Part shown: piece after piece, positions 9,760 to 18,228 of the stretch
How positions within the stretch are numbered: position 1 is the stretch's first letter
Layout: each line of letters begins with the position of its first letter
Source: Candidatus Eiseniibacteriota bacterium
GTDB lineage: Bacteria; JAFGKV01
NCBI GenBank assembly: GCA_025453925.1
Contig: JALOPK010000001.1
Span: forward strand, 1 to 38,804
Direction of reading: 5' to 3'
Length of the DNA: 38,804 nt
Notes under the pieces: generated by a model
The model's input: only the letters and a program-made list of their open reading frames with translations
Database searches by the model: none
Told to the model about the DNA's origin: nothing
Position numbers and translations under genes: made by a program

Positions 9760-10700
9760 GTTCGGTTCCTGACGCGAAGCATGGCGCCATGAACGATCCC
9801 GGCCATGGTCCCGATGTGAATCGTCGCCAGAATAGCCGGGACACGGTAGAAGGTTCGCCATGAGGGCGCGGCAAAGCAGCCGGCCCGGGCCTTCCGGATC
9901 AGATAGGCGGCGCCCAGCGCCACCATCGCGATCCAAGGCACCCAATGGCCCGTGACACACCCCGCACCGACGAGGGCGAGCCCCGCGGCGCTCTGGAGAA
10001 CCGTTCGGGAATGAAAGGTCCCGCTCGCACCCAGTTGACCCAGGCCGCGGGCATACTGATAGAACTGCCTCAATACCGCTCGGTATGTGGCCCGAGGTCG
10101 CCAGAGGACCGTGGCCGAAGGCCTGTGGGCGACGCCGCCGCAACGGGATGCGCGTTCGATGAACACGCCGTCTTCGGCGCGATTGAATGGGGGATGCTCG
10201 GGGAACCCACCAGCGGCCTCCCACGCCCAGCGGGGGAACGCAAGAGACCGGGCAGTCGGATTGACCGTCATGCCCGCGATCCGGATGTCGGGCGTGAGGG
10301 AACATCGGGCAACGCAGGCCTCGAAGTGCGTCGAAGGATTCGGAGTCACCCCTCCGATGACGAGGCCCAGAGCAGGATCATTCTCCAGGGGCGCCGCGAT
10401 TGCGGCGACCCATTCGCAGGACGGGATGCATCCGGCGTCGGTGACTGCGATGATTTCCGCTACGCTCGCGGCGATGCCGAGATTACGCCCGTGGGCAATA
10501 TCGGCACCCGGGGCTTCGATCACGTGAAGCCCGGGCACCTTGCCGCTTCGCTGCTTCGCGAGGGCCGGCGTGCCGTCCGTGGAACCCCCATCGACGATGA
10601 TCACTTGATCCGCGGGCCTGGTCTGGATCGAAAGGGCATCCAGCAGCGGCACGATGGATGACGCCTCGTTCCGCACGGTGACGACGACCGCCACGCGCAT
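9756..10700 (-). CDS. GT2-family glycosyltransferase with C-terminal transmembrane helices (GtrB/ArnC/DPMS-like architecture)
   Basis: 314 aa. The N-terminus MRVAVVVTVRNEASSIVPLLDALSIQTRPADQVIIVDGGSTDGT is a classic GT2 start. The C-terminal ~90 aa are hydrophobic (LALVGAGCVTGHWVPWIAMVALGAAYLI, VPAILATIHIGTMAGIV). Confidence 0.85.
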   Translation of the reverse strand: MRVAVVVTVRNEASSIVPLLDALSIQTRPADQVIIVDGGSTDGTPALAKQRSGKVPGLHVIEAPGADIAHGRNLGIAASVAEIIAVTDAGCIPSCEWVAAIAAPLENDPALGLVIGGVTPNPSTHFEACVARCSLTPDIRIAGMTVNPTARSLAFPRWAWEAAGGFPEHPPFNRAEDGVFIERASRCGGVAHRPSATVLWRPRATYRAVLRQFYQYARGLGQLGASGTFHSRTVLQSAAGLALVGAGCVTGHWVPWIAMVALGAAYLIRKARAGCFAAPSWRTFYRVPAILATIHIGTMAGIVHGAMLRVRNRT

Positions 10701-10701
10701 G

Positions 10702-11748
10702 TCATGCCCCCCAGAGCAAAAGGTAGTGCTGAGCCAGGGCCTCCCAGGTATGGGCCGCGGCGAAGCAATGGGCCTGTTCGAGCATCTGCGCAGACGGGCC
10801 TTGGGCGATCACACGGAGCGCCTGATCGGCGAATGTGGCGGGATCAGGCGCGGTAAGGAACAGCTCCGACGCCTGTGGCATGAGCTTGAGATAGTCCTCC
10901 TTGACCGGGTTGTGGTACACCGTAAAGAGAGGACGTCGCCGTACCATGGTCTCCAGCATGGAGAGATAGCCCGACGTGAGCACCAGGGTCGACGACTCGA
11001 TGATCGGTCCGGGGTCGGGGATGAACCCATGGAACGTGGCACGGATGCCCTCATCCCGCGCGAGTTGCTCCAGTGTCGCGCGCCAAGGACCGTCACCGCA
11101 GACGGTAAGAGGGATGTCGATCCCGTGATGGTTTCTCAAGAGTCCAAGGCCGCGAAGATAGATGTCCAACCCCGTGTCGGGCGCCAGCCTTCCGACAAAC
11201 GCCGCGCTATGGGCCTCGGGCGCGGCGGGCACCAGTTCCGGCGCGGTGCAGGCACCGTAGGTGACCACGGTCGGATGGATGCCCAACCATCGCACCAGGA
11301 AATGGCCGATGCACAGCGACCCCCGCGTCAGCCGCTCTGCCATGTCGTGGTAGAGCCTGGCGCGCCTCTGTACAGGGATGCGCATCTCATACCCGTGGTA
11401 GGTCATGAAGCGGGGACGATGAGACGACAGCGCCAGAGACGGGCCCGTCCAATGGAGAAGGCTGTAGACGCCATGGAAATGGATGATGTCCGCGTCCAGA
11501 AGAAGATGCCGATGGTCCATCCACCATCGCCATGCGGCGGGATAGCGAGCCCGGCCCGCGCGGGTGGGCATCCGGAACACCCGCGCGTCGGCCAGCGAGT
11601 CTTCGTCGGGCAGGCGTGGATCGTGCTTCGGGGCCACGAGGGTCAGTGTGATGCCGTGGGAGGCGAGCGAGGGAACAAGCCCCGTCATGTGCCGCTCGAC
11701 ACCGCCGATCGCCGGCGGCAACCGCTCAGCCACCATCAGGACGCGCAT
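10702..11748 (-). CDS. GT4-like (GT-B) glycosyltransferase
   Basis: Start MRVLMVAERLPPAIGGVERH at ATG 11748 overlaps the upstream gene by 23 nt. The longer 409-aa version would overlap by about 200 nt. The stop lies 1 nt before the next gene's ATG. The GT-B-like layout is AFVGRLAPDTG...CGDGP. Confidence 0.75.
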   Translation of the reverse strand: MRVLMVAERLPPAIGGVERHMTGLVPSLASHGITLTLVAPKHDPRLPDEDSLADARVFRMPTRAGRARYPAAWRWWMDHRHLLLDADIIHFHGVYSLLHWTGPSLALSSHRPRFMTYHGYEMRIPVQRRARLYHDMAERLTRGSLCIGHFLVRWLGIHPTVVTYGACTAPELVPAAPEAHSAAFVGRLAPDTGLDIYLRGLGLLRNHHGIDIPLTVCGDGPWRATLEQLARDEGIRATFHGFIPDPGPIIESSTLVLTSGYLSMLETMVRRRPLFTVYHNPVKEDYLKLMPQASELFLTAPDPATFADQALRVIAQGPSAQMLEQAHCFAAAHTWEALAQHYLLLWGA

Positions 11749-14700
11749 GATCTCCCGTTCTCCCCTCGGTGGCCTTGTCATTGACCAAGGCCCAGTACGC
11801 CTCTCGCACACACCCCCGGCGCGGGACCAGATGGCCGTGCTCATCCGGGACTCGATCCCCCGGGATACCCATCCTGCGATAGTTTCGCCTGGTCTCGGAG
11901 GCCATGAGGCCAAGAAGCCGGCGGGTCTCACCGCTGAGCGACCCGTCTTCCTGCAGGCTGGTTACTCCCATCGCGACGAGGCGCAATGCCGACGAGTAAT
12001 CGGCCTGACCATAGGCAGTGCGGGCGAGGCCGAGCAGCCGTTCGGCATAGGTCTGGGTCGGCATGAGGAGGAAGTGCGCCATGGCATACGACCGGGCGGC
12101 ATCAGGGATTCTGCCCGCCTGTTGTTGTGCCTGGGCGAGATCGTGCCAGACTTGCCACCAAGAACCGTCTGCCGGCACGCCCGGGTCCCAGGACAGCGCG
12201 GCCAACTCCAACTCGCGAATGGCCTCCTCCCGGCGACCCTGCAGGGTGAGGGAGGCAGCGAGGAGGGCGCGGGCCTTGGCTCCATCGGAGCCCGCCAGGC
12301 ATGCTCGAAGTATGTTCTCTGATTCTTCTGGCCGTTTCTGCCCGAGTGCGGCAATGCCCGCCAGTTTCTGCAGGTGAGCCCGCTCCCGGCTTCCGCCCGG
12401 AAGGCGATCCACGAGTGAAGAGAGAACGCGAAAGGCCTCTTCTGGGAGTCCCCACCGCTCATACACGGCGGCGACTCTCTCACCGTGGCGCATCGTCGTG
12501 ACGGCATCGTGCGCGTGAGCGCCGGCCATGTACCGAGAGGCGAGGAGCGAGAACCCGATGCTGCCGCCCGAGGTGCGCGGCTTTTCGGCCGCGGCCCCCT
12601 GTCCGGTATGTTGTTCGATGATGCTGACCATCCGCGCATCCAGGACGCCGTTCGCGGCGAAACGCTCGAAGGCGGCGGAGAGCCGTATCTGGTCGTTTTC
12701 GAGGACCCAGTCGATCGGATTGATTGGATCGGCTGAAAGCCCCATGGCTCGCAAGAAGCACGTTACGGCCTCGTCGCCGCGGCCCGTGGCGACATACGCA
12801 AGGGCGAGGTCGGACATATGCTCTCGGAAGTTGGGACCGACCCAGGTCGCCAGGGTCAGATCCTGTGCCCGCTGCGAGATGAAGGCCTCGGACAGGCTCC
12901 GGCCAAGGGTTTCGTCCTGGATGCGGACAGCCTCCTCGAAATGGCCCAGCGCCTCCTCGAGTCGTTGCTGGCCCCAGAGGCGCCATCCCAGACGCACGTG
13001 GTAAGCGGGATGCCGCGGCCTCAGGCGGCACGCATCCCGGTACCACCGGAGGGCGTCTGCATCCCCCGCCAGATCGCCCGACAGCGCCCGCAGCTCGGCA
13101 TTCAGGGGCATCAGGCGGCACGCCATTTCGATGCGCGCCGGCGACGCCGGTGGTGGTGGCATGCACTTGTCCGCCCCGATAGATGTCCTCACGAGAGTCC
13201 CCGCGAGCATCGGCCGGACCACGCACACCAGCATGACCGTGATCACTGTCAGACTCAGCACGAGTGGTCGCCCCCTGACGCTGCGCAACCTCTCTTCCCT
13301 CGCCTCGAGTGCAGGCAATGACCCTCCCGCCGGGGGGTTCAGCCTTACCGTTGCCGCCGCAAGGCCCAGCAGGAGCCAGAACTCCAAAGGAAGCAAAGAC
13401 GGCGCGCTCAGGCTCAACACGAGCTGGTGCGGAATCAACAGGGAAACCATGGCCGCTCCTATCGCGGCGAGGACTCCACGGACGGGCCCCGCTGATCGTG
13501 ACCATCCCCGCACCACCAGGACGGCAGCCGCGGCGACCATGCCCAGGAAGACGACGAGCCCCGCGGCGCCCGCGCTTTCGAACACCTGCAGGAATAGGTT
13601 GTGGGAATGCCATTGGCTGGCCGGGCTCGCTAGAGGATCCGGATAAGCCCCCGCCGCCCACGCCGCCTGGTTGGCATTGAGGCCCCGGGGCAGGGGGTCG
13701 TAGAACGCCATCACGGCCGGATCGCCAAGCCCGCGTCCAAGAAACGGCCTCCGGGAGACGGAATCGGCCACCATGCGCCACACATTCCGCCGCCAGGATG
13801 CCTCCTGCTGACCCCAGAGCGTCACCAAGGCCCCGGCGACGACAATGAGAGCCCCCGCAGTCACCAGCGCGGGCAGGACGCGGCGCCACGCACTCTGGCG
13901 CGACAGCGGTCCCCTTCGAGCCGCCCACCCCAGCACCGCCAGCCCCGCCAGAAGCCCGGCCGCAGCGGAACGCGAGTACGTGAGCATGAGAATGGGGGCC
14001 GAGAACACCGCCGCGCCATGGGCCAACCCGACTGCCCACCCGGCCTTCCTCACTAAAGCGAAGAGCGCCCCCAAGACTACGATCACCCCCGCGGCGGCCG
14101 CCACGGGGACGATGCCTCTCATCGCGGGAGCGGAAGGGAGCTGCACACCGGCTCGGGCGGCGAGCGACACCCCCACCGATGCCACTGCCGCCGCCGCAGC
14201 CACCCCGATGGTGATCCGGCCCCCGGGAGACCGTGCCCGGAGCGCGCCGAGGGCCAGTGTTATTATGGTTGCCGCGTAGATACCCACGGCATTGGGGTGC
14301 ATGGAGGCCATGCTGAGGCGGGCACGAAGTGCGGCGCCCGCTGATGCATGCTGCGCATAGTTCCACACCCCGTGCAGCCCCGCCACAGCGAGGACGACTG
14401 CCACGGTCAGCATGACTCGCACCGTTCGCGGCGGGGTGCCGGCGTCACGGCTTCGCGACAAAAGCACGAAGGCGAGCGCTCCGGTCCCGAGGCGCATCAG
14501 CATCTCCGCGCTGTAGTGGACATACTGCGCCGTCACCGTGGCCAGGAGGGCGCAGCCCAGGAAGAGCCCCGTCATGACCTCCACGGCCGCGATTTCCCGT
14601 ACCCGGACGCCGCTGTCCCTCCTGATGGGGAGGTGCGCGACGCCGACCAGCAAGATCCCGCTGAGCAGAAAAAAACGCTCATCACCGAGCGCGAAGAACC

Positions 14701-15109
14701 CGCCGTTGAGCGCACCGTACGTGACGGCCGCCCACACCGCCGCTTCAACCATGGAGATCCGGCTCAGTGACACCATCAACGCCATCGAACCGATGAGCCC
14801 GTAATGGAGCAGCCTGTAGTAGGGGCCGAGATGAGTCTGCCATACCGACTGCTGGGTCACGACCTCTGGCAGGGACGCGATGGCTGCGGCAGTGATGAGG
14901 GTTCCTGCCGTTCCCACTGCCGCCAGGCCCAACGTCCTGGAGAAATCGATCCGAAGGCCTCGAACCGCAGTGGTCAGAACGGCGGAGCCGATGATCAGGA
15001 CGGTCACGCCGACCAACTCGACGATCACGGCAGCAGGAAGCAACCGGGCATAGGTGGCGCATACCCCGATGAGAAGCACGCCGGGTACGCTTTCGATCGC
15101 ACCCCTCAT
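11726..15109 (-). CDS. Second Wzy_C-like polytopic membrane protein with C-terminal TPR-like domain (full-length paralogue of 5424-8564)
   Basis: 1127 aa. ATG 15109 overlaps the upstream stop as ATGA. Wzy_C-type blocks are LTYSRSAAAGLLAGL, GRGLGD and WHSHNLFLQVFESAGAAGL. The C-terminal repeats are collinear with the paralogue (YHVRLGWRLWGQQRLEEALGHFEEAVRIQD; MAHFLLMPTQTYAERLL versus NAHFLNMPSLAYAGQLL). Confidence 0.8.
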   Translation of the reverse strand: MRGAIESVPGVLLIGVCATYARLLPAAVIVELVGVTVLIIGSAVLTTAVRGLRIDFSRTLGLAAVGTAGTLITAAAIASLPEVVTQQSVWQTHLGPYYRLLHYGLIGSMALMVSLSRISMVEAAVWAAVTYGALNGGFFALGDERFFLLSGILLVGVAHLPIRRDSGVRVREIAAVEVMTGLFLGCALLATVTAQYVHYSAEMLMRLGTGALAFVLLSRSRDAGTPPRTVRVMLTVAVVLAVAGLHGVWNYAQHASAGAALRARLSMASMHPNAVGIYAATIITLALGALRARSPGGRITIGVAAAAAVASVGVSLAARAGVQLPSAPAMRGIVPVAAAAGVIVVLGALFALVRKAGWAVGLAHGAAVFSAPILMLTYSRSAAAGLLAGLAVLGWAARRGPLSRQSAWRRVLPALVTAGALIVVAGALVTLWGQQEASWRRNVWRMVADSVSRRPFLGRGLGDPAVMAFYDPLPRGLNANQAAWAAGAYPDPLASPASQWHSHNLFLQVFESAGAAGLVVFLGMVAAAAVLVVRGWSRSAGPVRGVLAAIGAAMVSLLIPHQLVLSLSAPSLLPLEFWLLLGLAAATVRLNPPAGGSLPALEAREERLRSVRGRPLVLSLTVITVMLVCVVRPMLAGTLVRTSIGADKCMPPPPASPARIEMACRLMPLNAELRALSGDLAGDADALRWYRDACRLRPRHPAYHVRLGWRLWGQQRLEEALGHFEEAVRIQDETLGRSLSEAFISQRAQDLTLATWVGPNFREHMSDLALAYVATGRGDEAVTCFLRAMGLSADPINPIDWVLENDQIRLSAAFERFAANGVLDARMVSIIEQHTGQGAAAEKPRTSGGSIGFSLLASRYMAGAHAHDAVTTMRHGERVAAVYERWGLPEEAFRVLSSLVDRLPGGSRERAHLQKLAGIAALGQKRPEESENILRACLAGSDGAKARALLAASLTLQGRREEAIRELELAALSWDPGVPADGSWWQVWHDLAQAQQQAGRIPDAARSYAMAHFLLMPTQTYAERLLGLARTAYGQADYSSALRLVAMGVTSLQEDGSLSGETRRLLGLMASETRRNYRRMGIPGDRVPDEHGHLVPRRGCVREAYWALVNDKATEGRTGDHARPDGG

Positions 15110-17043
15110 CGCCCGCTCCTTCCCGCCAGGTCCTCATACACGTGCGCCATGGTGGCCGCCACGGGCTCCCATGCGTAGCGGTCGCGAACCCTGGCCTGGA
15201 GCTGCCCGCCCATGGCCGTCACACCGGCAGGGTCATCCGCCAGGGCTTGTATCCGTGCGGCAAGATCGCCCTCATCACCCCGGCGGAATACATGGCCCAG
15301 ACCATCCAGGGCCTCCAGGTGGGGCGGGATGTCACTCGCAAGCACACACAATCCGTAACTCATCGCCTCGAGCAGCGCCAGCGGTAGACCCTCCACCTCC
15401 GACGCCGTGACAAAGAGATACGCATTGCTGAGGAGTTCCTCGAATACGGTGCCATACACGTATCCGGTGAACACGACGCGAGGATCCGTCGCCATGGCGT
15501 GAAGCCCGTCAACGTAGTCCTGACTGTGGCTCTCTCCGCCCGCAATCACAAGACGCTTATCCGTCGGCACTCGACCGAAGGCGCGGATGAGAAGCTCGAG
15601 CGACTTCTCGGGCACCAATCTCCCTACGCTCAGGATGAATGAACCCGGCTGGAGGCCCCACGCGCGTATGGCGTCCGCAGGGCGCCGCACCGGATCGTTC
15701 ACTCCGTTGGGGGCGTATACCGGATACCCGTGGTAGTGGTCCCGGTAGTGTGTCTCCAGCGCCCGGGACACCACTACCGTCCGATTTGGGAACCGGGCGG
15801 ATGCCCACTCACCTGCGCGGAGCACGGCGCGGGCGACGCGACCCCATTTCTGGCGCTGCCAATCGAGACCCTGCACGGTCACCACGACGCGTCGCCCGAA
15901 AACCCGAGGGAGCCACGCAAGCAGCGATGGACCCAATGCCTGGTAGTGAACGATGTCGTCCTCTTGAAAGAGGACATGCAGCGTGGAGAAGAGCGTGTGG
16001 GTGATGGCCTCAAGGTGCTTCGTGCGGATGCTGGGGAGGTGACGCAATTCCACGCCATGATAGGCGCGCCGCTGCGCGGTGTAGTGCGGCCGGCAGTACA
16101 CCGCGACCCGGAAGCCCTGCTTCGCCAGACGTGTGCTCAGCTCTTCCACCGAGCGCTCGACCCCCCCATACGTCGCCGGGATTCCCCGGGATCCGAGAAT
16201 GGCGATGCGCGGCTTCTCCAGGGGGTCAACCCGACGGTCGACGTGCTCCATCATGTCGGCGAGTAATGCATCACTCGCGGGAACCGTCCCGGGCTCGGGT
16301 GTCTTCACGGCCATGATCAGTTCGTCGAACTGATGCCGGGGCATGGCCCACCGGATGTCGGTGCCGGCGCACGTCCTCATCAGGTGGATAATCCAGGCCG
16401 GCGAGGAAGTTTCCCCGGCGATCCACACCACCCTCGCCCGCGTGCGGCCCATGGCGTCTGCCAGGCGCTCCATCGCCCCGGCATCAGCGGCCAGGCGCAG
16501 GTCACCCACCACGCGATCCCCGATCCATGGCTGGGTGGTGATCGCGTCGGCGAGCCGGGCCACAGCAGACTCCGACTCGAGGACCAGTACTCGGCGGACC
16601 CCGATGCCCCGCCGGACGAGGGCCTCTCCGAGGCGACCCGCAAGGATACGCCATACCGATACTCCGGCGTAGGTCATGACCCATCCCACGGACAGGCAGA
16701 GGCGGGAGTAGAGAAAGGGCGCATCGGCATTGTACGTGCCGAGCCTCAGGAGGTGGAGCGTGGAGACCACCAGGACCACGTTGATCAGCATGGCGCGCAG
16801 GAGCAGCACCGCCACCCGCCACCCCTCCGACCGCCGCGGCAACCGGTACCCACCGCAGAGGGCCAGGGCGCCTACCGCGATACATGCGCTAAGGAACGTG
16901 AGCAGGGCATACCTCGGCGCCCAAGGCACGATGCTCGCGAATAGCCCGGTGCGGAAGCGAAACAGGTAGGCAAGTCCGTGCGCGGCCACGACCGCGGCGA
17001 CGTCCCCGGCAATCAGCACCATGACGGCAGCGCGACCTCTCAT
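15106..17043 (-). CDS. Chimeric protein: WbaP-like N-terminal membrane + Rossmann-like module (aa 1-~275) fused to a DUF1972-type GT4 glycosyltransferase (aa ~278-645)
   Basis: 645 aa. ATG 17043 overlaps the upstream stop as ATGA. The N-terminus VLIAGDVAAVVAAHGLAYLFRFR is followed by about 4 helices and then RRVLVLESESAVARLADAI..GDRVVG. The C-terminal part, PRIAILGSRGIPATYGGVERSVEEL...ASEVEGLPLALLEAMSYG, is a group-1 GT with a DUF1972-like start. Confidence 0.8.
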   Translation of the reverse strand: MRGRAAVMVLIAGDVAAVVAAHGLAYLFRFRTGLFASIVPWAPRYALLTFLSACIAVGALALCGGYRLPRRSEGWRVAVLLLRAMLINVVLVVSTLHLLRLGTYNADAPFLYSRLCLSVGWVMTYAGVSVWRILAGRLGEALVRRGIGVRRVLVLESESAVARLADAITTQPWIGDRVVGDLRLAADAGAMERLADAMGRTRARVVWIAGETSSPAWIIHLMRTCAGTDIRWAMPRHQFDELIMAVKTPEPGTVPASDALLADMMEHVDRRVDPLEKPRIAILGSRGIPATYGGVERSVEELSTRLAKQGFRVAVYCRPHYTAQRRAYHGVELRHLPSIRTKHLEAITHTLFSTLHVLFQEDDIVHYQALGPSLLAWLPRVFGRRVVVTVQGLDWQRQKWGRVARAVLRAGEWASARFPNRTVVVSRALETHYRDHYHGYPVYAPNGVNDPVRRPADAIRAWGLQPGSFILSVGRLVPEKSLELLIRAFGRVPTDKRLVIAGGESHSQDYVDGLHAMATDPRVVFTGYVYGTVFEELLSNAYLFVTASEVEGLPLALLEAMSYGLCVLASDIPPHLEALDGLGHVFRRGDEGDLAARIQALADDPAGVTAMGGQLQARVRDRYAWEPVAATMAHVYEDLAGRSGR

Positions 17044-18221
17044 GCGGGCTCGCCTTCGTCTCTCGATGTGGCATCGCGGAGTGTGTGGCCGCCGGCACTG
17101 GCGACGGGGCGGCTTCGGAGGGCCGGATCATCGGGCGGGGACATCCGGAGGGGCGACCATACCCATTTCGTTCCGCGCTCGGCGCCGACGCGCCAGTAGA
17201 GAGGCCGGCCGGCCGTGAGGGCACCCATCCGGTCAGGGAGAATGCAGTGCTCCTGCTGCACAATCCCGCCGGCACCGAAGAGGAAGGCGGGATCCGGTGA
17301 GATCTCGACGCGGTAGGAGGTTGCTCCCGGCACCGGACTCCACTGCAACGCACGAGTCTCGTGGTGTTCCTGCGACCCTGCGGGGCTGGTGGTTCGGCGC
17401 GCATTGCGGCGTGAGGCAAGCCACCATAGCAGCCTCGTCGCCGGATCCGCACGGTCTGCCAGATACCGCAGACCGCTCCGGTAGAGGTGGTCCTCACCTC
17501 GGGAGGGCGTCCTGCCCACCGTTCCTCCAACCCGATGAACCATGCCGCTCTTCGGTACGACGCAGAGCTTCCATCCCCTCCCCCTCAGGCGGTCCGACAG
17601 ATCGACGTCCTCGAAGAAGATGAAGAAGCGTTCATCGAATCCGCCCACTTCCTCGAAGGCCGAGCGTCGCACCAGGAATCCGGCACCCGAGAGATAGGGC
17701 ACCTCCGCAGGGTCGTCTCCGAACCACACCGCGCGGTGCCAGCGCTGGTATGGTGGTGTGAACCGGGCACCCGTGCCAAGGCGTCTCAGGATCATCCGCC
17801 AGAAGAGGAACGTGAGCAACGTGGGAGGAACCGGGACCACGCTCCATTGCCAATTCAAGCGCGCATCAACCCACTGCCGGGGCCCCACGGCGCCAAGGTT
17901 TGGCGCGGACGCCAGATGATCCGTGAGGGTGCGGAGCGCACCAGGCAGGAAGTATGCGTCGGGGTTCAGAAAGAGCAGGAATGGCGCTCTCCCCATGGCG
18001 GCGCCCTGGTTGCACGCCGCCGAGAACCCCCTGTTCGCGGTGTTCACGAACAACTGGGCGCCCGGGGCGGCATTGCGCACCACGTCGGCTCCGCCATCTG
18101 TGGAAGCATTGTCCACGACGATGATCTCCACCCCCGGCTCCCGCATGATCGAATCGAGGCAGGCGCCAATCCAGCCGGCGTCGTCGTGGATGAGGATGAC
18201 TACTGTGACGAGTGGATCCAT
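17040..18221 (-). CDS. GT2-family glycosyltransferase (rhamnosyltransferase-like core) with a ~100-aa C-terminal extension
   Basis: 393 aa. The start is MDPLVTVVILIHDDAGWIGACLDSIMREPGVEIIVVDNASTDGG. FFEDVDLSDR is an ED-x-DL block. The C-terminal LQWSPVPGATSYRVEISPDPAF...LYWRVGA resembles an FN3-like module. Confidence 0.85.
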   Translation of the reverse strand: MDPLVTVVILIHDDAGWIGACLDSIMREPGVEIIVVDNASTDGGADVVRNAAPGAQLFVNTANRGFSAACNQGAAMGRAPFLLFLNPDAYFLPGALRTLTDHLASAPNLGAVGPRQWVDARLNWQWSVVPVPPTLLTFLFWRMILRRLGTGARFTPPYQRWHRAVWFGDDPAEVPYLSGAGFLVRRSAFEEVGGFDERFFIFFEDVDLSDRLRGRGWKLCVVPKSGMVHRVGGTVGRTPSRGEDHLYRSGLRYLADRADPATRLLWWLASRRNARRTTSPAGSQEHHETRALQWSPVPGATSYRVEISPDPAFLFGAGGIVQQEHCILPDRMGALTAGRPLYWRVGAERGTKWVWSPLRMSPPDDPALRSRPVASAGGHTLRDATSRDEGEPA

Positions 18222-18228
18222 GATGAGA

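Noticed and set aside
12480-14366. Large alternative-frame or antisense ORFs, for example 12480-14366 (628 aa), 10654-11784, 6597-7496, 36520-37674, 28580-29374, 29414-30334, 22934-23911 and 18797-19726.
   Set aside because: They lie entirely inside genes with clear family motifs. Their translations are dominated by R/P/G/A runs, as expected from stop-codon-poor GC-rich DNA. I recognise no motifs in them.
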